In this document: one piece after another, positions 1 to 11,660 of the stretch
Layout: every line of letters begins with the position of its first letter
Numbering within the stretch: position 1 is the first letter of the stretch
DNA from: Tubulanus polymorphus
Taxonomy: Eukaryota > Animalia > Nemertea
Length of the DNA stretch: 64,000 nucleotides
Assembly (NCBI RefSeq): GCF_964204645.1
Contig: NC_134035.1
Location: 5,518,001-5,582,000, forward strand
Direction: 5' to 3'
Made by a program: the position numbers and the translations under genes
Notes under the pieces: model-generated
Told to the model about the DNA's origin: nothing
Seen by the model: the letters and a program-made list of their open reading frames with translations, nothing else
The model's database searches: none

Positions 1-30
1 ATTACATTATTGATATCTATATTATAAAAC

Positions 31-367
31 CAGGCCCGTGCCTAGTGGGGGTTCGTGGGTAGCGAACGGATCCACTAACATTTTCAAAATGACCTTCAAA
101 GACGGTATCAAAAAAGATTTGTATCAGGATTTCGCAAATTTTGGATACAATTTTCGTTTTTCTTTTCTTCGGAAAATGAAAAGCAATCCATTCTCAAATA
201 ATTTGTTCAGGTACCCGGGCACTTCGCGTATTTTAGATGTGTCTTTTTTTCGAAAGGAAAGTGGCCCTTTTCACGATGAAAAGGTGCCCCTTGAAAAAGG
301 AAAGTTGCCCTTTTCACGGTGCCCTTTGAAATGGAACTGCCCCTCAAAAAAGCACGGCACGGGCCTG
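31..367. mobile_element. Non-autonomous TIR element (MITE, hAT-like CAGG ends)
   Basis: 12-bp perfect TIR CAGGCCCGTGCC (31-42) / GGCACGGGCCTG (356-367); internal GTGCCC(C)TT repeats; no TSD recognisable. Confidence 0.6.
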
Positions 368-1278
368 AAATGTGGACAAAATGTTTTGTCAAGATTACCA
401 ATATACAACGCGTGCCTTTTAGTCCAGTAATGGTTATACAGCTTGGTGCTGTAGTGATCTATGCGTGAACAATTTCAACCGTTTTTTCACAAAGAATGCC
501 TACAGCTTATCAAGCGGTCCTCATTCTCGGATCACGAGACTTCGTCAAGCAAATCGAGCAGAGGATCGTTCCCAAGACGACGAATAATCGATCTTAGAAA
601 ACAAACGAGATTCGAACCCAGGCGCGGAGGCTGACAGATTTCTACCGCCGGCTTCGTTGCCGCGCATCATAAAGAAACGAAACGAATCGTATCGGAAAGA
701 AAACGTATTAAGAACCGAGACTGTAAATGTCTTATTTGCATTATTCCAATTTGCATAGCGCGCAGCTGGTTCGTATCAGCCGTAGAATCACGGCCAATCT
801 TCCAAGAAGAGCGCACTCGAGATGAAAACAAAAACACCGCCATTTCTTCGACATCAATTCATCCGGATGAAATTATCATCGTCAAAATACGGTCGATTCC
901 GAGACTGAACTGCGTAACTTCTGAGCCGAAATGAAAGTTAATGAAAACAGCTAGTTCCGATTAGTGAGTGAAAATGTTATTCCGCGAGCGAGTACCCGGT
1001 GAAGTTCCCATAAAGTTGAATCTTTACGCTGGGATTCGGACGTTACTGCGATTACGGCCTGTTTTCTGCAGTCATCGGGAAAATAACCAATCATTTCTAG
1101 TAATCTATAAAAGGCTTGTCTATATATACGTTCAAGTGCTTATAAATTCAAACAACTATTCAATTGTAATGGCTAACAGATATATTTCTTCGAGCTTATA
1201 TTTCATTCGACAATATTCTACAGGAAATTTTTGCATCGTATGTTTTTTTGCATCTCATCAAAGTCTTTCAACTTCCAC

Positions 1279-1382
1279 TATTCCTGAAGTTGTTTCTAGG
1301 ATATAGTCGAAACGTTGAATAAACTGCGCCTCGAGGGAGCATTTCGCACTCGCATTTCTTTGTATAATCATTGTGAGATTCC
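1279..1382 (+). mobile_element. Penelope-like element 3' terminus with decayed hammerhead motif
   Basis: tattcCTGAAG...taggatatagtcGAAAcgTTgaataaac...ataatcattgtgagatt; same family as copies at 49.5, 55.8 and 57.2 kb; stem II partly deleted. Confidence 0.65.
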
Positions 1383-2590
1383 GTTCCACGGCTTGTGAAC
1401 GTATATCTATATATTAATCTGAAACCTATTAAACGTAGATTTATATATTATTAACTTTATTCGATGCATGCATTATTTGAACACGCTCCTCGATGTGTAT
1501 AACATATGCGATACAGACCACATTTTAATATAAATATCACGTATATCAACGTAGTGCAAAAACCGCTGCATCGCTCCTGGTTTTGTATGGATTTTTCATG
1601 TATCTGAAAAATTCCAGATGGTCCTGGATTCTATTCGTATACGCGCAGATAATGGCTCTATATATGACTGTGTGAACGTATATACGACGTACACATGTGC
1701 ACGTTGTTGGTAATTCGGTTACATTTTGATATATTCTTTTCGCTACATCGAAAACACAAAAGGAACCGGCTGGTGTAGTAATTGAATGAATTTCTCTATT
1801 TATCAATTCCTGTGCCGAAAAAAATATTTCTAAATGCCTATACAGCTGTGCGCCTACTGTGTACACAGTAAACTCGCGGCAGCACGTTCGAATTGTGTAC
1901 GAATTTTAACTCGAAATATATTTTTTCGATTGAAAAAATCTACATGTCGTCATCCGTCATTGAGGGACAATATGTGAACAGATTTTGAGGTCCAAAACTG
2001 CGATCCAGGCGGCGGCTCTGGCCTCTGGATTTCTGATGCGTATTTCATATTTATTACATTGCTCTTTAACGAGAAGGACGATAAATGAATTTATCCATCA
2101 CTTCCCTGCTCTTCTTAATACGTAGTTAATTATAGCTAAATCATAGCTAGTTATGTAGTAATTATTATGTTCCAGACGAAATGGGCGAAACAATAAATGT
2201 ACATAAATCGTGTAACGGATAGCCAGGCGTTACTTACGTATTTCTAAGTAGTCTGAATAATTCGACCAGTCTTGTTGTTATTTTCCTAGTAGCGCGGGCA
2301 ATTCTGAATAGGCGAGTTTAATCCATCTTTCCTTTTAGATCGTATATCCCTTATCGTATCATCTGATATTGTGCGTAAAATATCGCACGCGCGAGACTGA
2401 TAGAGGAACAAGTTGGCACCGGAGGCAATGATACGCTGTACTATGAACAGCGCCGTGTATTGCAACAACGTAAATCGTATAGGTAGCTGTTTCAGCTGGC
2501 GGCGCGGTGGACTCGACTGCTTGCCACTCGTCGCTTTTTCTATCCATCCATCTATCTATCATTCGTATTTGAACAGAACTAATCGCGATT

Positions 2591-2643
2591 CTGCTGCTAC
2601 TGCTGCCGCTGCCGCTGCCGCTGCTGCTGCTGCTGCTGCTGCT
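2591..2643 (+). repeat. (GCT/GCC)n trinucleotide repeat
   Basis: About 17 imperfect GCT/GCC units; source of the poly-Ala in the spurious ORF 2413-2697. Confidence 0.9.
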
Positions 2644-3399
2644 CTCAAGTTGTTGCTGTGTTTGCGCCTGGTGTCAATAACAAATGTACGTGAGTGATTT
2701 TCAGACATGGGCGCTTCCCGATGACGTCATCATGATCGTGATAATGATCGATGATAATTGCCGATGGAATTTGTAAATTATCTCTTAAAATGAAGAGGTG
2801 AAAAACGTTCGTGTCAATAACCGCTATATGACTCATTAGAGATGTGGTTTATTTTGTTATTGCTTTTAAGGATTTTCATTGGGTAAACTGATGAAATATC
2901 TAAAAACCAAAATAATTCAACGCTACGTTCTTTATTAAGATTCTGTATCATATGAAATTATTCATCATTACCAAAATGATGTTGTGATAACAATTTTACA
3001 CATGGTTGAATATGGCTGATGCTGATACGAATTCGGATCATTAGAAGTAATCCCTAAAACAAGAACGCACTTGTCTTTTTCGCGAGAAAATGTGATTTTA
3101 AAGGAATCTAGCTTATCTCGTGGCAACGAAAACGTAATTTTGCCAAAAAACCATCGGGGGTCCTTAATTTTTTTTCAATGGCCTAGAGCAGCCACATTGA
3201 TAACGATACGGGTTCATGGAAGAATCGATTGACACTTCAATTCAGCGAAGGACCTTTTCGTTTTTTGTTTCATTCGATCCATAAGTTACCACTTTGAAGC
3301 GTTTATGATATTCGTAGCGGCAGGTCACACAGTTGTTGAATATGAACTTAAATGAAGCAACAAGAGTTTGTCCGTTGATCAGGGGAGTCTGAGTATCAA

Positions 3400-3880
3400 T
3401 ATACATTAATACCATCCAATATCTATTGTTTCGGGTTTCTTCGAAGATTTGAGAAAAACTGTTGTAAACAAATTTCCTTTCATCTCGATAAACATAATGT
3501 AATTCGTTCAAACCAATTCGGTTTTCGATCTAATCATTCTACAGCATTGGCTCTTGCTAAAGTTACCGACGACCTTTACATCATACCATACGATGAAATA
3601 TATGCAGCCAAAGACATGCTCTTTGATTTAAGAAAAGCATTCAACACGGTTAACAATAAAATCTTACTCGATCAGATCATTATAGTATTCGGGGTTTAAC
3701 TCCAAGTAGTTCGAAAGCTGGTCGTGGTCAAATGTAAATGATACTACTTATTCGACTTGACATCACTATCGGAGTTCCTCAAGGTTCTATTCTTCGTCTT
3801 TTTTTTAATACTCGATACTCAAACATTCTTGATCTTGCCTCTTTTGCACATGATGCAAACTGCTTTGTTTATGCAAAAAT
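3400..3880 (+). pseudogene. Decayed LINE (CR1/L2-type) reverse transcriptase fragment
   Basis: Frameshifted motifs in order: YHPISIVS..SKI*EKLL, NQFGFRSNHSTALALAKVTDD, FDLRKAFNTVNNKILL, IGVPQGSIL, FAHD. Confidence 0.8.
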
Positions 3881-4035
3881 CATAGAAAGACGGTATCGTA
3901 TGGTTTCAAGTATATGAAAGAATGAATATAAAAGATAGTGTATCTGAACCTTGAAAAATGTCATTTCATCATTTTGGAAATTTCAAGGGTCTCGTCAAAG
4001 ATTTGAAATGTCCATAGTACAAAATGTCTCGGTAA

Positions 4036-4254
4036 AGCTAAAAAAATTGATACCTTGTTTCTCCGCTCTGCTGAGCTTGGATGTTGACCCGGCCGGCCGC
4101 CTATCTACCCTACACATTACTTTTTTTAAAATCGTGATCAATCTTACCATAACAGACCCGGCCGCTATAGAAATGAACTGTTTATAAATTTTATCATATT
4201 TTACAAAAATGACCCGGCCGCTGCGGAGAAACAAGGTATCATTTTTGTTTAGCC
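4036..4254. mobile_element. MITE, PIF/Harbinger(Tourist)-like, copy 1
   Basis: ~30-bp TIRs (agctaaaaaaattgataccttgtttctccg / cggagaaacaaggtatcatttttgtttagcc), TAA on both flanks (4033-35, 4255-57); second copy at 52784-53007. Confidence 0.8.
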
Positions 4255-5432
4255 TAATATCTTAAAAATTTTGATCTTGTATCATTGTGATTTTTCGCAC
4301 TCTATCTCGAGACCATCATCAGGGGTAAGGAGACATTTTACACGTTTATGTTCCACGTCTGGCAGTTTTCACATACACATGCCGTATACGGATATATGTA
4401 TACGAATTGATTTTTATTGCTGATCACAAATACATCGCACACGAGCGACATGACAATTATCCAACGGTTCACGTGCATCGATTCCGTTTGAATTAAAGAC
4501 GATCGATAACGATTGACACCGACCGCGTCCGTTATCTGATTTGTCGACAATTAGCTATTAGCAAATTGATTTCACGTAGGCGCTATGTCGAATTGAGAGC
4601 ATCTAAATGTTCATGAATATTGCAATTTATTTTGGGTAAGGAGAAGGACGAAGGTTTCATTATGCACCGTATATACATGCCATCGCATATGAATTATTCA
4701 TACGAAGGTTATCGTAACTTTCATTTATTGTTACCGTTGAATGCACTCTGGGAAAGAGGGCTCCATGAAATTCAAGGGCGACATCAGAATTTTGTAAAGG
4801 GGGTTTGTACAAATGACTATCGAAGTGAGCACCCGACTGAGGTTCGAAGTTCGTTCAAGAGCATTAGAGCAGTTGCATTAATTTCGATTAATCTTAAACC
4901 GACTGCTTAGGCACGCCATGTTATAGTAATGGGATTAATCCGCTGCTCTACGAAATGTGTGAACATTCGTCGTTTCGGTTATATTTATTCACGTGTTATT
5001 ATTTTTCTTCGTGTTTCTTCGAAAACGAATACATTAGGCAGAATCACACGAATACACAAATAGAACAGTAAACACAGCTTTATCATCCATCAACGTCGCT
5101 AAAGTATCCGATTCATGAAGTATTAATAGCAGGTTATAATGCCGGATAAGCGATCGAGATACCATCCGAGAAAATCAAACTGTCGTCTGAGTCACAAAAT
5201 GTCCGGCGAAAATTATAGCACAATACATCACGTGAAATGCCCATCAATGAGCAGTAGGAGGGTAGGTCATGTTTCTGTCTGTCTTAATGGTGTCGCTCGA
5301 CATGACGCGGGGACTTCATCCGGCATACGACGTAGTTAACAGCACAGGATAAAACGCGTTAAATAAATCTGAAATGTTGTCGACTAAATGCTACGTAACA
5401 ACTAGACAGTATTGATCATAAAAATCCTATAA

Positions 5433-6308
5433 ATGAAAACCCTATTCATGAAATTGCCCTCTTCTTGTAAACTCCTAGAGTCAATTTTTTTCGCTGATGA
5501 TAGTAATTTTTTCATCAGCGATAAGGACCCCAAGAAGCTAGAGCAAGTTTTAAATTCTCAGCTGGAGAAACTTCTTCAGTGGTTTCGAGCAAATAGGCTC
5601 TCTGTGAACGCTATTAAAACTCATTTTATTGTCTTTGGTTATAAGTGTCTAGGTCAAATTAATCTTTTTTTCGATGGACAAAGAGTTTCGCGTGTAGATA
5701 GTACTAAATTCTTAGGTGTAATTTTTGACCAGAGACTGACATGGCGGGACCATATTCAATACATCTCTCGAAAGGTTTCCCGGGGAATTGGAATCATCAA
5801 TAGGCTTAAACATGTTCTTCCTTTTGGTGTTCTTAAAAATTTATATTATTGTTTTGTCAATCCACATCTTGCATATGCAACTTTAATCTGGGGTAATTCA
5901 TGTAATATCTACTTGGAACCCTTATTTCGTCTCCAAAAGAAAGCAATTCGGATAATAACACATTCTTTTTGGCTAGCACATACATCTCCAATTTTCAAGA
6001 AATTAGAAATCTTAAAGCTACACGACATATATCAATTTCAACTGTGCAATTTTGTCTTTAGTCAAATTAATCAAAACTTACCATCAATTTTCAATGAATT
6101 TTACTGTTTTCTAAAATCCATGACAGGGCGACCTTCTCGTCGCCCACTAAATTTAAAAGTGGAATATGCGAAATCTAACTTTAGAATGAAATCATTAAAA
6201 ATCCAAGGTGCAAGATCCTGGAACTCCCTTCCCAGAAAACTCAAATCTTCGAAATCACGCCCTTTCTTTAAAAAATGCTTAACCAATTATTTGGTCGCAA
6301 AATACTAA
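5433..6308 (+). CDS. C-terminal part of LINE ORF2 reverse transcriptase (5'-truncated; N-terminal Met probably from flanking DNA)
   Basis: FADD catalytic motif, W..ANRLSVN..KT, KFLGVIFDQRLTW..HI, LQKKAIRII, WNSLP; uninterrupted for 291 aa. Confidence 0.9.
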   Translation: MKTLFMKLPSSCKLLESIFFADDSNFFISDKDPKKLEQVLNSQLEKLLQWFRANRLSVNAIKTHFIVFGYKCLGQINLFFDGQRVSRVDSTKFLGVIFDQRLTWRDHIQYISRKVSRGIGIINRLKHVLPFGVLKNLYYCFVNPHLAYATLIWGNSCNIYLEPLFRLQKKAIRIITHSFWLAHTSPIFKKLEILKLHDIYQFQLCNFVFSQINQNLPSIFNEFYCFLKSMTGRPSRRPLNLKVEYAKSNFRMKSLKIQGARSWNSLPRKLKSSKSRPFFKKCLTNYLVAKY

Positions 6309-6567
6309 TGCCCGCAACGTGGCCGCCATTCAATTGTTTATATATGTAAAGGGTGATTCTTGTAACGAATGTGCGTGTATGTGTAAGTGATGAGTGCATG
6401 TGAGTGTGATTGTTGACCGAGGGGTAAGGACTCGTATAAGTCAAATTTTGACTTCTCCTTACTCCTCGCACTATATATTGTTACTCTGAATATAATGTAT
6501 ATTGTGTCGATATTTTTTGTAACAATTTATTTTGCAAATAAATTCAATATTCAATATTCAATATTCA
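5450..6567 (+). mobile_element. Young 5'-truncated LINE (CR1/L2-type) with 3' UTR and microsatellite tail
   Basis: RT ORF followed by ~230-nt UTR, AATAAA (6537-6542) and (ATTCAAT)n tail (6542-6567). Confidence 0.85.
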
Positions 6568-7146
6568 AATGATGAACCAATGATAAGTTGTAATTTTATG
6601 ATTTAATCTTTGAGGTGAATTTTTTGGTATTTTGAAGTGAAGTCAGTGTGCTTGAATGTAAGCATAAGACGGGTACGCTAATTAGTAATACGCTTCTTCT
6701 TTAGTCAGGAAGCCAGCCAGGTTAGCTTGATATCTTTGCTGGAGGTAGAAAAGAAGTAGGTTTTCAAACCAGAGGTTCTTTGATCCTTGAAAACCATTGC
6801 TGCCACCACGATTGATAGCGAGGACAGGGGAAAGAAGTGATAGCGAAAGTTGATAGGACTCAAAATATCCTAACATCCGAAAACAATAGTTAAGAAACAA
6901 GGCTGGTATTGATATAATACCAGTTTTAATAACTATTTGTACGAGCGCTTGACTTCCGCATCTCATTTCAAACATTACCGACATAATTCTTTTTATGAAC
7001 TGCACCAATTTACCCGCGAGATCGACGGAAACTCGGTGAAATTATTAATAACGAAATTAAATTTTACTCGGTTAATTTTTGTGTGCGCAGTCGCTAGTGA
7101 ACAAACGAAAATACCTGTTAAAAGGAGTTCATTTTTTGCGTATTCG

Positions 7147-7305
7147 TCAGTTCAAGTCCGTAGTCGACCAGCTCTATAACAACAGGTAAGCTCCTTTTTT
7201 TTAGAAGTTTTTAAAGTTTCGAATATTCTTCTTAGTTTCACTGCGGTTTGCTGCAGTTTCCTTTTGAAACTAATGTAGCATAATTTCTTATATATTTCAG
7301 TCAAA
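7147..7305 (+). promoter_or_regulatory. Initiator, 5' UTR exon and intron 1 of the Ser-rich gene
   Basis: TCAGTT Inr-like motif (7147-52); donor CAG|GTAAGC at 7186; branch CTAAT (7270-74); acceptor TTTCAG at 7300; then TCAAA-ATG. Confidence 0.7.
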
Positions 7306-7641
7306 ATGAGAAACGCCATTTTGTGTTTGTTGGTTCTGTCCGGCCTTTTGGTGATAGTGAACTCGGCCGCTCCAGCTGCCGGTACCAAAGGTGCTCCAGC
7401 TCCGGCCAAAACTAAAAACACCGGTGCTGCTGCCGATTCAAGTTCTTCTAGTTCGAGCTCCAGCTCCTCAGAAGAAGATGGAGACGAATCGTCTTCGTCA
7501 TCGTCATCTTCTTCAGAACGATGGGTTCTTGGTTTAATCAATTTGGAAGACAGTTCATCGAGCTCGTCCAGTTCGGAAAGTTCAGACGCGAGTGACTCGA
7601 GTTCAGAAGAAGATCAAAAGAACGGCACTACGAGTATGTAA
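7306..7641 (+). CDS. Secreted serine-rich acidic protein (putative phosphoprotein), 111 aa
   Basis: Signal peptide MRNAILCLLVLSGLLVIVNS-A; Ala/Pro/Lys linker; three poly-Ser runs with two SSSEE motifs; Ser encoded by mixed TCN/AGY codons (not a microsatellite); flanked by canonical splice sites. Confidence 0.85.
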   Translation: MRNAILCLLVLSGLLVIVNSAAPAAGTKGAPAPAKTKNTGAAADSSSSSSSSSSSEEDGDESSSSSSSSSERWVLGLINLEDSSSSSSSSESSDASDSSSEEDQKNGTTSM

Positions 7642-8597
7642 AGGTGAGCTGTACATTCCATTGCATCGTTCATACAAGACTCGGTATTACTACTTCAAGG
7701 GGGACTCTTAGGTGAATTACATGGTATTTGATATATCAATTGAGGGAGAAGAAATTGGATTGAGATTTTCAGTGATTTCATCTGATTTACCAACGTTTTT
7801 GTCAGCCATCATCTTTGCCAGCAAAGAAGGCCATGGGCCTCCTTAGCTTTGGTATTAAGTGTCCTTTGTGAAGAAGGTACTTAACGCACCTCTCTTAAAT
7901 TATTCTTCATCATCGTTTGCTCGGCATGGAAGTCTTACAGCCACGTGTATTTTCCATGGCGCCGCCATATTGTTTGGCAAACACGATACATGATTTACAA
8001 TATGACGGGCCCCCGTAGATCTCCGATTATGTTTTGTCGTTATGTACAAGTCCCTGCACTGGTTAACATACAAACTATATGACTACTTTACGCTCAGATA
8101 ATGTCGAAAAAGATTAGATCCTCCATAGTTATGACGTCATTTCCTTCTGATTTGCATTACAAAATCCAATAGGGGGCACCAGTTTATGGCTCGCTGAGTG
8201 TTAATGAATTTCACTTTCAAAAATTTCATTTTCAATTCCTTCAGCAATACGTGAACGTAAACAATCGCTAATTGATAAAAATACGAACTATTCCAACAAC
8301 AATTATTATCATTTATTTTTGAAAATCTTCCGAATTGATGCATCATTATAAAGGAAGATGAAATGATTACTATCGGAATTACGAATCGAAACGTTGCACG
8401 GAGGCCATTTTGTGAATATAGACAGTTGATGACATTCTAATGCAATTTTCATCAATTTGTCAATCAGATTTGCTCATATCAGATACACATAATCGGTTCT
8501 CAATCGAAAAATGGAATCATTCGTGAAGTTCATGCATAAAATGCAACTGGTTCGTAATTTTTGAATTTTGACTTAACTACAATTTCTTTATGAACAG

Positions 8598-8885
8598 AAA
8601 TTTTCTGAACTCCACGTTTGGAACAAGTTGAAAACGGTTTTATTGCAAGTCGATTACGCGTGTATTGTTTTGTCAGATGCAATATTTTATATTTTACAGT
8701 TCAATTATAACCTCATCAATGACACTGAGAACGGACGAAAAAACGCGACCAAAATGGACAATGGATATTAAATAACAATATATCATAAATCTCAATATCA
8801 TAATATGTAATGTATATTTATATAGGAACTGATCAGTTATCATATTATTTACTATACCCAATAATAATAAAACAGTGTATGCATA
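8598..8885 (+). other. Probable terminal (3' UTR) exon of the Ser-rich gene
   Basis: Donor AAG|GTGAG at 7644; branch-like CTTAAC near 8572; acceptor TTTCTTTATGAACAG ending 8597; AATAAA at 8866-71. Confidence 0.5.
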
Positions 8886-9689
8886 CATATACTCTGAAAC
8901 ATCTGGTGACTGCAGCGTTAATTGATTTTCGATGTCAATTCAATTCGCTTATTAATCGTACTTCTCGGAGTCTATTGGTCTACATATTACTGACTAACAG
9001 TGCAACCCGTATTGATAATATTTACTGAAACACGATGACCTGGTGGGCGGGGGGAAAATATTATCATAGCTCTCGCACCGGCTTCCGCTTCCGTCTGTGC
9101 GCGTCATTTCAACGAATTTATTACCGAATCGATAGCGTTTTAGAGCGTTGTTATTAATTGCGATGGCCGCCTTTCGACTCGAACTATCGCGCGCGCCGGC
9201 TTCGTATAAATACAGCGTCGTCGAGAGATGAGATGATGCGCGTCGCAGTCATTAATGAAAAATCAACGTCCAAATCGACACCGCCGCCGCGACTCGTAAT
9301 AAAAACATACGTTAACATTTACACGACAAACATGTAATACGTGTTCTTTGTGCAGTCAGATATTCCTCCGTGTAGTATTCGACGCGAAGAAAGCGCAATG
9401 ATTATTCCCGGCCGACTGTTTTTTTTTACGGTAGCGATAAGGGGCCTCGAGTTGTTGCGTTCCAACTCAACAAGTCGCCATAATCATGCCAGACGATTAT
9501 GGCGATATATCGTGACGTTTTGACGACATATTTCGTTTCTCGACCATTTTCCTCGTAGATTTTTGCTGAATCTGGCAGGAACCGGACGAAAGCTATCGAG
9601 ACCGATTAAGCTAATTTAGAAAATAGCTGTTACATGGAGGGGGAGGTGTTGGTGTGCCTGATCATCGAGGCATCTCTTCGCGTACGTTG

Positions 9690-9990
9690 GGTTTGAAACC
9701 TCGCCCGAGACATTTCCATAAACTTCTTTGCCCAAGTCATCAGAATAACCACACTTCAAAAAACAGAAAGAAAGATCGTCTACACTTTCACACATCATAA
9801 AAAATTGAATTTCTAAACGGGATGGGTCTAGGCTATAGATAGATGATACCTGCTTTAGGATCGCAAGAACATGCCATTTGGTGTAGCTCCTTTTGTTTGG
9901 AAATACTACGGCACAGTCTAAGCACACCTCGGTGTACAAACGTTGATCTCATAACTACGACAGTATGAGACAATATTTTCTATGAGTAAT
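9690..9990 (-). pseudogene. Possible decayed L1/Tx1-like ORF2 C-terminal zinc-knuckle remnant
   Basis: Translation FFMMCESVDDLSFCFLKCGYSDDLGKEV loosely resembles C..C...E...HLF..C..S..LW; weak. Confidence 0.3.
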
Positions 9991-10399
9991 GTATCTACGG
10001 GCATGATGGATGTATCCATAAAAAGATATTCATATATATGATGCAGCTCTCCGGGGATAAACGGCCGCTTTTAAGGGTTAATTCCAGTAACAGAATATTT
10101 ATTGGTTTTAACCGGTCGAGCAGAAATATCATAATGCCTCATAATCGAAGCAGTATTCCCGCACCGACACTGACGGAACTGCATCCGCCCATTAGATCCG
10201 CGTCCGCGTTATTCCTATTTCTATCATATAAACGCGTGCCAATTCGGGACGCGTTAATTTTTCCATATTCGCGCAGTCGATATTTTCCGGCTAATTAATT
10301 GATCCGATCGATGATGTCGGATCACGTTATTCCGTGTCCAACGTTAGACAATATTCAAATACGCGTTAATAATCCATCAATAGAATTATAGACGCCTCG

Positions 10400-10700
10400 T
10401 TTCCTCGTGTTTCAAACATTCCCGTCATTATTCCCGAGGAGGTTGTTCGCATTTTTTTGCTATACCAACGGACGACTTTTCTTAGATCTCTTACTGTTGG
10501 AAAATTTTGTGGGAGTGTTATTTCGATGGGCAAAAACAACGATTCGTAAACCAGGCGATCCAGTTTTTTTTTTGTCACGGCAAGACCATAAAAAACCGAC
10601 TCGAAATGAGCCCGGGCTTCACTGGTTTCTTCATGATCTCGATCACGACCATTGATTTAAGCTTCTTTACGAAACTTGACTCAGAGTGCCAAGAAAAGGT
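10400..10700 (-). mobile_element. Internally deleted Penelope-like element fragment
   Basis: Minus-strand peptides PFLGTLS / SFVKKLKSMV and KKKLDRLVYESLF (GIY-YIG C-terminal pattern), followed by a decayed hammerhead-like ATAATGACG...TGAAAC at 10402-10440. Confidence 0.55.
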
Positions 10701-11427
10701 TTGAGCTTTAAACGGTCATTTATTTGTATGGTTGGGTTCATTGAAAACGTACGATTTACTCAGCAATTAACCCATTAAATTTGAGTTTAACTGTCGTGAA
10801 GTTGGACCTCTGATCTTTGTTGCCACTAATTTCATACTTACTAACGAGACATCGTCTACAATATTGTAGAGAACTATTTACTGAAGTAGTTACTATATTG
10901 TATTACATTCGTTTCGTTTTCGCTTCCCTTTTATCTAAAAATGTGCGGTCTACTTTATGAAATAAGACGGTTAAAAACGATTACTGCCGGTTCAGACTGA
11001 ATGGAAGATTGTTTGGATGAGCCGGAACCGAATTTCCAATTATGTACTTCGATTAGAAATATTCTGTTAACTCGACCGCCGATCACACATCTATATCTGT
11101 ACTTCGATTTCCGATTTCAAAATCAAACCCCCTGTTTCGCTCCCGGCAGGTGTGGTGGGTCTGTAAGGGACACTCAATCGAAAAATCAAACAATATTTAC
11201 CAGCCAAATAAATAAATAATGGGGAAATCCCTATTTTAAGATCAAAAACGATTACTAATCGCACGAGTAATTTGGACTGGTTGTGACGTCACATGGAATT
11301 CGTACGTTAGATGCAATCATTATCGGTATACGTATATGAAACCGTCGAATGAATTGCACTAGATTTTCATTCATTGACAAAGCGGTTCCCAGATATAGTC
11401 AGTCGTACAACGACCTAATGAATTCAC

Positions 11428-11569
11428 CAAGTTTCGAGAAGAAGCTTAAATCGATGGTCGTGATTGAGATCATGAAGTAACCAGTGAAGCCCGGGCTCAT
11501 TTCGAGTAAGTGTTTTGGTCTTGCCGTGACCAAAAATAAACTGGATCGCCTGGTTTCGAATCGTTGTTT
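11428..11569 (+). mobile_element. Inverted second copy of the Penelope-like fragment at 10533-10678
   Basis: ~145 bp reverse-complement similarity (aagaagcttaaatc...gaagcccgggctcatttcgag...ctggatcgcctggttt...gaatcgttgttt). Confidence 0.75.
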
Positions 11570-11619
11570 AACTAGTTAGGTTAGTTTAGTCTTATTGAAA
11601 AGATAGAGCCTCGTTACAG

Positions 11620-11660
11620 CATAGACGTATAAACTAGATAATCTAGTTTATACGTCTATG
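11620..11660. mobile_element. 41-bp TIR-only miniature transposon with 7-bp TSD
   Basis: CATAGACGTATAAACTAGAT-A-ATCTAGTTTATACGTCTATG perfect palindrome flanked by GTTACAG on both sides (11613-19, 11661-67). Confidence 0.85.

Noticed and set aside
7152-7541. 129-aa minus-strand ORF
   Set aside because: Antisense shadow of the Ser-rich gene; the splice signals support the plus strand.
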